From a bacterium (GTDB lineage Bacteria > Zhuqueibacterota > Zhuqueibacteria > Zhuqueibacterales > Zhuqueibacteraceae): a DNA stretch of 50,031 nucleotides. The translations under genes were made by a program, and so were the position numbers. Of the stretch, positions 27,923 through 37,253 are shown piece by piece; within the stretch, counting starts at the first letter, position 1, and each line of letters opens with the position of its first letter. The notes under the pieces were generated by a model. It did no database searches, had not been told where the DNA came from, and worked only from the letters and a program-made list of their open reading frames with translations. The stretch is taken from positions 1-50,031 of the forward strand of contig JBIOXB010000033.1 of the NCBI GenBank assembly GCA_044869275.1, given 5' to 3'.

Positions 27923-30709
27923 ATGAAAAACTCGTTACGCCTCGTGTTGTTTCTTTTGACAATGACAATCCTAATCGCGCCACCATGGGCGCAGGCGCAA
28001 GATCACCTGCTCATCACGGAATTTGTGGTCACGCCCACCGCCGGTGAATTCGTCGAAATTCATAATCCCACGGCGAATTCCCTGGATTTGAGCAACTATT
28101 ACCTAACCGACGAAGTTTTTAACAACAATAACAACTACATCAATGTCGTCAAAGGTAACTTCACCGCGTTTACTTCGGATTTCATGGTGAAATTTCCGAA
28201 CGGCGCGAGTATAGCTCCGAAACAATTCGTCACGATTGCGGTCTCCGGCGCGGGCTTCACGGTCACCTATGGCAAACCGGCTGACTTCGAAATCAAAGGC
28301 GATGATGCCAACACGCCGGACATGGCCGCCGTTTCCGTGGGCGCGACCGTGGGATTGACGAACGGAAGCGAGATTGTCATTCTCTTTCACTGGGATGGGC
28401 AGAACGATCTCGTGCAGGATGTTGACATCGTGCAATGGGGCGATAAGACCACGGCAGTCAACAAGACCGGCGTAAGCATCGACGGCATGGACGCGGATGC
28501 CAACCCTTCCACTTACCTCGCTGATACTCCCGTCGCCAATCAGTTCGTGGTGAATGCAGAGAATGATGCAGACACCGATCCACACGACGCCGGCAATTCC
28601 GCACAGCGCAAGCTTGACGTTGAAGATCTCGAAACCTGGACCGGTGGAAATGGCCTCACCGGCCACGATGAAACCAGCGAAAACTTCTCGTGGAAAGGCG
28701 GCATCTGGAGCATCAATGCCCCGGCCACGCCCGGCTGGCGCGCTTTGGGCGACAGCTTGAACATTGCCGACATTCAATTCGTGCGTGCCGGTGAAATCAA
28801 TGCGACGAGCAACGATGATACCAAATTCCTGGGCGACACTTTGACGGTTTCCGGAATTATGATGCAAGGCCCGCGCGATATCTTTTTGGGAGCGCGCTGG
28901 GGCGGTTTTATTCAAGACGAAAGAGGCGGCCCATGGAGCGGATTTTTCATCATCCAAAATGATAGCACCGTTTCCGGCACCTTGCTCAGCGCGACCCGGC
29001 CCGGCGATAAAATCAAAATCACCGGTGTCGTGCAGGAGTTCCCCACCCCGCTGACGGCGCAAAGCATTACCCAATTCGCACTTTTCACGAACCCGGTGAC
29101 GCCGGTCGAGTTTTTGGATTTCGATCTACCCTTGCCGGAACCCGTGCTGCTCACCCCCGGCGATTTGGGTGCGAGCGGGACCACCACTAATACCGCATTG
29201 GCGGAGCGCTGGGAGAGCACGCTGGCGCGCTTTGAAAATCTGACGGTGACGGGCAACGGTTTGCCCGGCAATATCATGAGCGCCGCCGATGCCACCGGAA
29301 GCATCAACCTCGATGACTATTTCAATGCCGTCTTTAATGTGGTGAGTGCCAACGGCGGCGTGTGGCCGGGATTTCCTGCCGGCACCAAAATCAACGTCAC
29401 CGGATTCATCCGTGGCGGCACCACGCAAGGGACGACGACCATTAATCCCCGCAGCCTGGCCGATATCGAAGTGGCCGCGGCGCCGCCGGACATAACCAAT
29501 ATCATCCGCAACCCGGTTGCGGTTACCTCCACAAATGAGGTGGAGATCAGCGCGAACATTGTGGACGCGCAAGGCCCGGTAACGCGCGCGCACGTGGATT
29601 TTATCGTGGACAATAGCCCAGTGCAGAGAGTGGCCATGACCACTGCGGACAATGTTGCCTTTCGCGGCGTGATACCGCGGCAGACCAACGGCGCTTTTGT
29701 GCAATACTATGTCATTGCCGTGGACGCCACGGGCGACAGCACCGAGGCCGGCGCTGCGACGAGGTATTTTTATTATGTGCGCGATAACGGCTTGACGATA
29801 TTCGACGTGCAATACACGCCCTTTGCTAACGGCAATTCCGGCTATACCGGCCTCGCGGTAACAGTCGAGGGAATTGCCACCACGGATTCCGCCGATTTTG
29901 GGTATTACTACATTCAGAACGGGCGCGAGCCCTGGAACGGCGTTTGGGTCAACGACACGCAAACCAACGTCAAGCTGGGCGATCGCGTGCGCGTCACGGG
30001 CACGGTGCAGGAGAATTTCAACGTGACGCGCATTGGCAATGTTGCGAATGCCGTAATCCTCGGTTCCGGCAACCCCGTGCCCGAACCGGTGGTCGTGAAA
30101 ACCGGCGATCTGCGCGCGGGCACGACAGCGGAACAATATGAGGGCATGTTGGTGCGCGTGTTGGGCGCGAAAGTCAGCAACCCCTTCCCCGATGGCGCGA
30201 GCAATTTCGGCGAGTTTTCGATCAACGACGGCACCGGCGAAGTGCGTGTGGATGATGAGAGCGGCGGCTATATCGGCAATTTGGATTCTTCCTTTGTCTT
30301 GGGTGATAGTCTGGTTTCGATCACCGGGATTCATTATTTCAGCTTCACCAACTACAAAATGTTGCCGCGCAACAACAACGACGTCATCCGCTTCTCCGTG
30401 AGCGTGGAGGAAAATCCCGCCGGCATGCCGCACACGTACGCGCTGGAACAAAATTATCCCAACCCGTTCAATCCCGAAACCACGATTCGCTACCGGCTCG
30501 CGCAAAAAGGCCAGGTGACCATCAACATCTTTAACGTGCTCGGGCAAAAAGTGATAACGCTGGTGGACGAAAACAAGCCCGCGGGCGCGTACAGAATCGT
30601 TTGGAACGGCCGCGATGAGCGCGGTGTTGCCGTGCCTACCGGCATGTATTTTTATCGCATGAAAAGCGGCGAGTTCACGCACGTACGCAAGCTTTTGTTG
30701 CTGAAATAA
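27923..30709 (+). CDS. Secreted lamin-tail and OB-fold repeat protein with T9SS type A/FlgD-Ig C-terminus
   Basis: Signal peptide. LLITE...EFVEI.NP..DLSNY.L.D. Two YIQ...PW.G / GD.V.VTG.V.E / E..EG.LV blocks. QNYPNPFNP...KLLLLK. Confidence 0.88.
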   Translation: MKNSLRLVLFLLTMTILIAPPWAQAQDHLLITEFVVTPTAGEFVEIHNPTANSLDLSNYYLTDEVFNNNNNYINVVKGNFTAFTSDFMVKFPNGASIAPKQFVTIAVSGAGFTVTYGKPADFEIKGDDANTPDMAAVSVGATVGLTNGSEIVILFHWDGQNDLVQDVDIVQWGDKTTAVNKTGVSIDGMDADANPSTYLADTPVANQFVVNAENDADTDPHDAGNSAQRKLDVEDLETWTGGNGLTGHDETSENFSWKGGIWSINAPATPGWRALGDSLNIADIQFVRAGEINATSNDDTKFLGDTLTVSGIMMQGPRDIFLGARWGGFIQDERGGPWSGFFIIQNDSTVSGTLLSATRPGDKIKITGVVQEFPTPLTAQSITQFALFTNPVTPVEFLDFDLPLPEPVLLTPGDLGASGTTTNTALAERWESTLARFENLTVTGNGLPGNIMSAADATGSINLDDYFNAVFNVVSANGGVWPGFPAGTKINVTGFIRGGTTQGTTTINPRSLADIEVAAAPPDITNIIRNPVAVTSTNEVEISANIVDAQGPVTRAHVDFIVDNSPVQRVAMTTADNVAFRGVIPRQTNGAFVQYYVIAVDATGDSTEAGAATRYFYYVRDNGLTIFDVQYTPFANGNSGYTGLAVTVEGIATTDSADFGYYYIQNGREPWNGVWVNDTQTNVKLGDRVRVTGTVQENFNVTRIGNVANAVILGSGNPVPEPVVVKTGDLRAGTTAEQYEGMLVRVLGAKVSNPFPDGASNFGEFSINDGTGEVRVDDESGGYIGNLDSSFVLGDSLVSITGIHYFSFTNYKMLPRNNNDVIRFSVSVEENPAGMPHTYALEQNYPNPFNPETTIRYRLAQKGQVTINIFNVLGQKVITLVDENKPAGAYRIVWNGRDERGVAVPTGMYFYRMKSGEFTHVRKLLLLK

Positions 30710-30782
30710 CTCTTGCAACCCTGACTAGTCGCGCCACGCAACCGGTCAGTTGATTTCTTATCTTGAGCTGGCATTTTGAAAG

Positions 30783-30906
30783 AATCAGTCTGTGTGAAAA
30801 CGCTTTGTTTCGACGCCGGCTGAGCTTGTCGAAGTCGGGTTCTTGAGCCTGGCACCCTTCGACAAGCTCAGGGTGCGGCATTCTCAAGTTTTCACACAGT
30901 CTGATT
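30783..30906. mobile_element. MITE/REP-like element, copy 1
   Basis: 19-bp terminal IR (aatcagtctgtgtgaaaac) with 1 mismatch. Internal IR ctgagcttgtcgaag/cttcgacaagctcag. A second copy lies at 37075. Confidence 0.75.
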
Positions 30907-30935
30907 ATTGCTGAATGACGGTTGGTCAATTGTCT

Positions 30936-32333
30936 ATGACTTTTTCGATCAATAAAAACTCTCTCATTGGGCTGGCAAGTGCTCTGATCGTCCTGGCGAG
31001 CTGCTCAGATCACCTCACCGACAGCCCCAATGCCAACCAGCCGCCGGTGACGCACCTCGCGCTGCGCAGCGTCGCGCCCGATTCTTTGAATCCCACGACC
31101 AGCAAGCAGACGCTGCACTGGTGGGGCGACGATCCCGACGGCCGTGTGGTGGGCTTCATCTACACATTCAATTCCAATGCCGGCAATTTGTCGAGCTGGA
31201 CGGACAATGCCACTGATGCAAATTGGACTTTCACGCCGAATACACAGGAGACCTTCACCCTGCGGCTGGCGGGCACGGATACAAATTATACCTTCTGGGT
31301 CAAAGCGGTGGATGATCAAGACGCGGCAGATCCAACTGGCGCGCGACAAACCTACCCGATCGTGAATTCGAGTCCGGTGGTGGAATTTCCCCTGGGCACG
31401 GATGTGCCGGACACGACCTTCACCGTGGCCAATTTCAGTTGGAGCGCGAGCGATCTCGACGGCGATGACACCATCGCCAGATTTGAATACGTACTCGACG
31501 ATTCCAATGCCGCAAGCTGGCGGCAAATCCCCGCCGGCGTCACCTCCATCACACTGGGCGTGCTCGAAGGATTGGTCGAGGGCCGGCACGTCTTTTATCT
31601 GCGTGCCGTGGACATCGCGGGCGCGCACAGCAGGATCATCAGCATGCCGCGCGATCCGCAGGGAACGTGGTACGTGCGCGTGCCGCGCAGCACGTTCCTG
31701 GTCGTCGACGATTACAACGTCGCCGATAACAGCGCGAATTTTTATCACGCGATTCTGCGCGATCTTGTGGGTGTATTTGACGTGTGGGATATCAAGCGCG
31801 ACAACCGCGCGCTGGTGCCGGCCTCCTCCGAGGCTTTTGCGCGAACGCTGCAATTGTTCGATCTCATCTTTTGGTACACCGACACCGAGCCGAACTTGGA
31901 AAAAGCGCAAGTCAGTGTTCCCCAATTTCTGGATCGCGGCGGCAAAATTCTCATGGTTGCTTCTTTTCAGGAGTTCGCCAGCAATCAAGGGGACCCGCTG
32001 GATTTCTCGCCGGTGGACAGCCTGGGCGGCCGCATTGCGCGCATCACGCGCAATCAGAATATCGATCCGGCGCCCGCGTTTGCCAGCACCGGCTTTCCGC
32101 CGTTGCGCGTGAATGCGTCGATCATTCCGAATGTTTTCCCACTCGTGCCCAAAATCAGCGCAGACACCATGTATGTACTTCCGCCGAACCCGGCTTTGTG
32201 GCCGGGAACACCGGTCATAGGAGTGGTCGACGGCACCTCGACATTCGTGTTCTTCGGAATCCCACTCGCCTCGGCGGACGGCTTGGGCACGGTGCGCGCG
32301 CTGTTCGAAAAGATTTTGAATGACATTTTTTGA
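30936..32333 (+). CDS. Lipoprotein with two FN3/Ig-like domains (TonB receptor-associated)
   Basis: LASC lipobox. W.G.DPDG.V.GF and W.ASD.DG repeats. Alpha/beta C-terminal domain. Confidence 0.85.
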   Translation: MTFSINKNSLIGLASALIVLASCSDHLTDSPNANQPPVTHLALRSVAPDSLNPTTSKQTLHWWGDDPDGRVVGFIYTFNSNAGNLSSWTDNATDANWTFTPNTQETFTLRLAGTDTNYTFWVKAVDDQDAADPTGARQTYPIVNSSPVVEFPLGTDVPDTTFTVANFSWSASDLDGDDTIARFEYVLDDSNAASWRQIPAGVTSITLGVLEGLVEGRHVFYLRAVDIAGAHSRIISMPRDPQGTWYVRVPRSTFLVVDDYNVADNSANFYHAILRDLVGVFDVWDIKRDNRALVPASSEAFARTLQLFDLIFWYTDTEPNLEKAQVSVPQFLDRGGKILMVASFQEFASNQGDPLDFSPVDSLGGRIARITRNQNIDPAPAFASTGFPPLRVNASIIPNVFPLVPKISADTMYVLPPNPALWPGTPVIGVVDGTSTFVFFGIPLASADGLGTVRALFEKILNDIF

Positions 32334-32422
32334 CGAAAGCTGCGGATAGAAGATCTTTTGGTTGCGGCTACGCCGCGTTGTTGAACTCTGTGCCATTGCA
32401 TTGAAAAGCTTCTGGACGAGTT

Positions 32423-35320
32423 ATGATGGGAACGGCGAAAATTGCATCCTGCCTTTTGCTAATATTGTTACCGCTCCGCACGGCGGTGGGACAAACCAAA
32501 GGCACGATCAAGGGCAGCATCACCGACGCCGAAACGCGAGCGTCTTTGCCGGGCGTGAATGTGCTGATCAAGGGCACATACTACGGCGCGGCGGCGGACG
32601 CGAACGGCAATTACACGATCGCGAACGTCAATCCCGGGACCTACACGCTCGAAGTGTCGATGATCGGTTACAAGCAGATTCAACAAACCGGTGTGAAAAT
32701 CGCCGCCGGCACCACGACCACCTTGGATTTTAAGCTGGAAGCCACCGTATTGTCATTGGGGCAGGAGGTGGTGGTCATCGGCGAGAAGCCGCTGTTTGAT
32801 ATCGAAGAGACCTCGAGCCGGCGCAATTTGTCGGGTTCCGATATTCAAAAAGAAGTGGTGGAAAACGTGCAGGACGTCGTGGCGAATCAAGTTGGCGTGG
32901 TGAAAAGCGATGACGAAGTGCACATTCGCGGCGGCCGTTCTTATGAAAATGCCTATTTGCTCGACGGCATTTCCGTACAAGATCCTCTTTCCGGCACGGG
33001 TTTCGGCCTGCAGTTGAGCACGGACGCGGTGGAGGAAATCGAAGTCATCACCGGCGGTTTCAACGCCGAATACGGCCAGGCCATGTCCGGCGTGATCAAT
33101 GTCAGGACCAAGGAAGGCGGGGAAACGTACAAAGGCAGCCTGGGTTACAAACGCGATCATTTCAACCTCATCGATGCTGGCGTGCCGGTTCTGGGTGAGT
33201 TCAGCCCACAAAATAGCCACAGTTTCAATACCGATATTTTTGAATTCAGCTTGAGCGGGCCTGAGCCATTTTCCCGCTTCATCTTTCCTGCTTTGGGTCT
33301 GCGTTTGCCCGGCGAATTCGGCTTGTTTGGGAATTTTTATTCTGCCGTGAGCGACACTTATTTGAAGAATTCTGCGCGGCAATTGTATTCTTCGATCTCC
33401 CCGCGCAGCATTTTGGGCCTGGGATCTTTCGATGGCGACACGTTTGCGCCGCGGCAGGACAATAACTGGTCGGGCTTGATCAAAGTCACCTGGCGCATGG
33501 ATGCCACGCACAAACTGATGCTATCCGCGAATCAATCCATGTCCATCAACCAGAACACGCAATCGCTGCAAACCAATTTGGAATTTGTCGAGCCGGGCCC
33601 CGGCTACCCTTACGAGTATGAGAAGAACCTCGACAATTTCAACACCTTCACGCATCTCAATCGCCAGCTTGCACTCTCGTGGGTGCACACGCTGAATCCC
33701 AAAACGTTTTATGAGGTCAAGCTCGCGCGCTATTTCGCGCACCTGCGCAGCGATGTGAACGGCAAGGATTGGACTGAATATCAAGAGCCGCAGGACATCG
33801 TCACGCAGCCGATCGATTATTTCTACAATCGCGACAGCAGTATTGTCTCGGTTTTCCCCGGCGACGGTTTTTGGGATTACGGCGACGGCGACACCTGGCA
33901 CGATCATTACGTCGAAGAATACACGCTGAAATTCGATCTCAATCGCAACAGCGGCAACAACGCGCACAAACTCAAGGCCGGCCTCGACGCCAGCTTCGCC
34001 GAGTTTCAAATGATCGACATCTACCGCCCGTGGTTTGGCGGGTTGGGGTTGAACAACGACATCTACCGCGTCAATCCCGCCTATGGCAGTTTTTATGCGC
34101 AGGATCAAATCAAATTCAAAGGCTTGATCGCCAGCCTCGGTTTGCGCTTCGACTATTGGTTCCCCGGAGAATACGTTGAAGACGCGGTGGCCAATCCGGA
34201 AATCGTAACCATCAGCGACGAAACGCGCGAGCAGTTTTATGCGGACACGTACAACTTTTTCGGCCATCGCTGGCGCGGGCGTTTGAGTCCGCGTATCGGC
34301 ATCTCGCATCCGATATCCGACAACCAAATGCTGTTTCTGTCTTACGGGCATTTTTCCAAGCGGCCCAAACCGCAATTCATTTACGCCAAGCTCGGCGAGA
34401 ACAGCGCCAAATCGACGTTCCAAAAATTCGGAAATCCCAATTTGGACTATGAAACCACGGTGGCGTACGAGCTCGGCCTGCGCCACAAGTTTTCGGACAA
34501 TGATGTGTTGACGGTGACGGCATATTACAAAGACATTTTTGATTACGTCACCACCGTGAGTTTCAGCGGCACCGGCCGGCTTTCGGGGAGAACTTTTACC
34601 ACTTATCTGAATCTCGATTATTCGCGCTCGCGCGGCATTGAAGTGGAATTTCGCAAACGTGCCAGCGCACTGTTGTCGGGTTCGATCAGCGGCTTTTATT
34701 CACTGGCCACAGGCAAGAGCTCGTCGCCGGACGATGCCTATCTCGTGGCGCAGGGGACGTTGAATGAAAAGCCGATCACGGAAGACAATTTGATTTGGGA
34801 TCGCCCCTGGCAAGTGAGCGCCGTGATGAATTTGAATGCCCGCAGGGACTATAAGCCGAGAGTGTTCGGCCTGGCGCTGCCGAGCGATTGGAATTTGAAC
34901 GCGCGCCTGTTTGCGCAGGCGGGCAAGCGCTATACGCCGTACTATTTCACCGACAATTATTTGCCCAACGGCCGGCCCGAATATGTGGACGATCTCGATC
35001 AAAACGGCGAAGCCGATGATCCCTTGGGCAAGCTCGCCAGGTCGTGGTTTTGGATCAACCTGAATTTTGAAAAATATTTCCGCCTGGCGCAGACGGATTT
35101 GACCTTCTCCCTGGAAGTGATCAATTTGCTGGATCGCAACAATCCACAAGTGATTAATCCGGTCACCGGACGCGCGTATGAATTGGGCGACTCCACCCCC
35201 ACAAGCTGGAACGACCCGTATTATCCCGATACGCAAGCGCCGCTGGATCCGTTTCCTTTCAATCCCGCGCGCTATTTGACGCCGAGGAACATGAGGGTAG
35301 GTTTGGCATTACGCTTTTGA
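32423..35320 (+). CDS. TonB-dependent receptor
   Basis: Carboxypeptidase-regulatory-like N-domain, plug motifs (HIRGGR, GGFNAEYG.A.SGV.N), SPR.G, GNP.L..E and a C-terminal Phe. Confidence 0.95.
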   Translation: MMGTAKIASCLLLILLPLRTAVGQTKGTIKGSITDAETRASLPGVNVLIKGTYYGAAADANGNYTIANVNPGTYTLEVSMIGYKQIQQTGVKIAAGTTTTLDFKLEATVLSLGQEVVVIGEKPLFDIEETSSRRNLSGSDIQKEVVENVQDVVANQVGVVKSDDEVHIRGGRSYENAYLLDGISVQDPLSGTGFGLQLSTDAVEEIEVITGGFNAEYGQAMSGVINVRTKEGGETYKGSLGYKRDHFNLIDAGVPVLGEFSPQNSHSFNTDIFEFSLSGPEPFSRFIFPALGLRLPGEFGLFGNFYSAVSDTYLKNSARQLYSSISPRSILGLGSFDGDTFAPRQDNNWSGLIKVTWRMDATHKLMLSANQSMSINQNTQSLQTNLEFVEPGPGYPYEYEKNLDNFNTFTHLNRQLALSWVHTLNPKTFYEVKLARYFAHLRSDVNGKDWTEYQEPQDIVTQPIDYFYNRDSSIVSVFPGDGFWDYGDGDTWHDHYVEEYTLKFDLNRNSGNNAHKLKAGLDASFAEFQMIDIYRPWFGGLGLNNDIYRVNPAYGSFYAQDQIKFKGLIASLGLRFDYWFPGEYVEDAVANPEIVTISDETREQFYADTYNFFGHRWRGRLSPRIGISHPISDNQMLFLSYGHFSKRPKPQFIYAKLGENSAKSTFQKFGNPNLDYETTVAYELGLRHKFSDNDVLTVTAYYKDIFDYVTTVSFSGTGRLSGRTFTTYLNLDYSRSRGIEVEFRKRASALLSGSISGFYSLATGKSSSPDDAYLVAQGTLNEKPITEDNLIWDRPWQVSAVMNLNARRDYKPRVFGLALPSDWNLNARLFAQAGKRYTPYYFTDNYLPNGRPEYVDDLDQNGEADDPLGKLARSWFWINLNFEKYFRLAQTDLTFSLEVINLLDRNNPQVINPVTGRAYELGDSTPTSWNDPYYPDTQAPLDPFPFNPARYLTPRNMRVGLALRF

Positions 35321-35334
35321 TTGCGTTTTCTGAT

Positions 35335-35363
35335 TTTGTCATTCCTGCGAAAGCAGGAATCCA
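35335..35363 (+). repeat. GTC-tagged palindrome (REP-like), left of GIY-YIG gene
   Basis: tttgtcattcctgcgaaagcaggaatcca. Confidence 0.85.
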
Positions 35364-35380
35364 AAACTGTGGGGGGATGC

Positions 35381-35668
35381 ATGGACAAAAATTATTACGT
35401 CTATATCCTGGCAAGCCAGAAGAACGGCACCCTTTATATTGGTGTGACGAGTGATCTGCGAAGAAGAGTTTATGAGCACAAAAACGATCTGATTCCTGGC
35501 TTCACCCAAGAGTACCAAGTTCACAAGTTGATTTATTTTGAAATACACAGCGATGTAAATCAAGCGATCTTGCGCGAGAAACGGCTGAAAAAATGGAAGA
35601 GGCAATGGAAAATTGAATTGATAGAAAAGAGTAATCCAGAGTGGAAGGATTTGTATGAAAACTTGTAG
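35381..35668 (+). CDS. GIY-YIG nuclease family protein
   Basis: YYVYILAS..NGTLYIGVT.DL..R..EH and AI.REK.LK.W.R.WK..LIE..NP.W.DL motifs. Confidence 0.93.
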   Translation: MDKNYYVYILASQKNGTLYIGVTSDLRRRVYEHKNDLIPGFTQEYQVHKLIYFEIHSDVNQAILREKRLKKWKRQWKIELIEKSNPEWKDLYENL

Positions 35669-35781
35669 AAGCATATTCACGAAAACCTGGTCTAAAAACC
35701 CTGGATATTCACTTTTGTGGGAATGGCATCAATGAAGTGTTTTCTCGGCGCGATCCTAATTTTGTTGCTTGCAGTAGAGCC

Positions 35782-35810
35782 TGGATTCCCGCTTTCGCGG
35801 GAATGACAAA
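35782..35810 (-). repeat. GTC-tagged palindrome (REP-like), right of GIY-YIG gene, inverted
   Basis: tggattcccgctttcgcgggaatgacaaa is the reverse complement of the left copy with 2 changes. A degenerate copy lies at about 35700-35729. Confidence 0.85.
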
Positions 35811-35863
35811 GAGATGCAGGCCTCCATCAAATATTAGTGTTGAGCAAAAAGAACAAAACGAGA

Positions 35864-36856
35864 ATGAAACCCAATTCCATCGGGATTGCAGTCGTCGCTG
35901 CGATTCTTTACTCGACTCAACCAGCCCACGCTCAGCTCATTCCCGTGCTCGGCAGCCAGCGCGCGGGCACGGCCATGGCGCAATTTCTCAAGATCGGCGT
36001 GGGTGGCAGAGCCGTGGGCATGGGCGAAGCGTTTGCCGCCGTGGCGAACGACGCCTCGGCGCTGTACTGGAATCCGGCAGGCATTGCCCAAACCACGCAA
36101 AATGAAGTCGTATTTTCGCACGTGAATTGGCCGGTGGAGGTGCGCCACGAATTTGTCGGTTATGTGCATCATTTTGGCAGAGCCAATGTGTTCGGCGTAA
36201 GTGTGACAGCTTTGCACACCGAGGACATGGAAGAAACGACTGAATTCGCGCCGCTGGGCACCGGCAACTATGTTACGTTTGGCGATCTTGCGGTGGGATT
36301 GACTTTCGCGCGGCAGATGACCGATCGCTTCAGTTTTGGTGTGACCGCGAAGTACATGGACGAAACGCTGGCGGAAGTGCACGCGCGCGCCATCATGGTT
36401 GATCTCGGCACGTATTACTGGACCGGTTTCGGCAAGAGCCGCTTTGCCGTAGCCGTTTCCAATTTCAGCACCAGAAATATCGAACCCAAAGGCACCATCA
36501 CCACGCGCGACGGGACGGCGCAGAACAGCTTTCAAGATTTTGCGCCGCCCACGGTTTTCCGCATCGGCTTCGCCACGGAAGTGTTGGAGAACGAGCAGCA
36601 CCGAATGACCACTGCCGTGCAGCTCAATCACCCCAACGATAACGCGGAGAACGTCAACCTGGGCGTCGAGTATTGCTGGAACAAAGCGCTGGCGTTGCGT
36701 TCCGGCTATCGCTTGAATTACGATGAAGAATCCTTCACCTTCGGCGGCGGCGTGGCTTTGCCCATGGGAGGTATTCATTTGAATCTCGATTTTTCTTATT
36801 CCGATTTTGGACGTCTGGGAAATGCCACGAGATTCTCAGCGAATTTAAAGCTGTAA
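35864..36856 (+). CDS. PorV/PorQ family outer-membrane beta-barrel
   Basis: GT..AQFLKIGVG.RA.GMG.AF.A...DASA.YWNPAG. Amphipathic beta strands. Confidence 0.9.
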   Translation: MKPNSIGIAVVAAILYSTQPAHAQLIPVLGSQRAGTAMAQFLKIGVGGRAVGMGEAFAAVANDASALYWNPAGIAQTTQNEVVFSHVNWPVEVRHEFVGYVHHFGRANVFGVSVTALHTEDMEETTEFAPLGTGNYVTFGDLAVGLTFARQMTDRFSFGVTAKYMDETLAEVHARAIMVDLGTYYWTGFGKSRFAVAVSNFSTRNIEPKGTITTRDGTAQNSFQDFAPPTVFRIGFATEVLENEQHRMTTAVQLNHPNDNAENVNLGVEYCWNKALALRSGYRLNYDEESFTFGGGVALPMGGIHLNLDFSYSDFGRLGNATRFSANLKL

Positions 36857-36945
36857 GCGAAGTTGAGGTTTTTATCACGCTGGCAGCTTTTTTTGCGGCG
36901 AGGGAGCGGTGCCGAGGCGTAAGTGCGTCAACCTGAGTGAACACT

Positions 36946-36994
36946 CTCGTTCCACCGCTCAGCGGTGGAATGCATGCGATGACGCTCTGCGTCC
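36946..36994. repeat. REP-like double hairpin
   Basis: ctcg-ttccaccgct-c-agcggtggaa-tgcatgcgat-gacgc-tct-gcgtc. Confidence 0.65.
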
Positions 36995-37074
36995 GGAAAA
37001 GTTATGCTTCAATACGTATCGCGAATACAAATGTGATCGGAAGAGAGCGCGCGCTCAGACAATCAGGTTCAGCA

Positions 37075-37182
37075 TGTGTGAAAACGCTTGGTTTCAACGC
37101 AGACTGAGCTCGTCGAAGCCTGATTCTTGAACTCAGCACCCTTCGACAAGCTCAGGGTGCGGCCTTCCCAAGTTTTCACACA
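37075..37182. mobile_element. MITE/REP-like element, copy 2
   Basis: tgtgtgaaaac...gttttcacaca ends. Shares gcacccttcgacaagctcagggtgcggc with copy 1. Confidence 0.75.
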
Positions 37183-37253
37183 ATCTGGTTCTTCCTGAAG
37201 GACAAGAGTCGCAAGCGCGCAGGAATGCCACGAATGCTCATCTTGAACGCAGC

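Noticed and set aside
29126..32396. Long antisense ORFs (29126-30718, 31005-32396; similarly 6161-7489 and 2155-3261)
   Set aside because: They shadow well-supported sense genes, as expected from GC-rich codon bias, and have no recognisable motifs.
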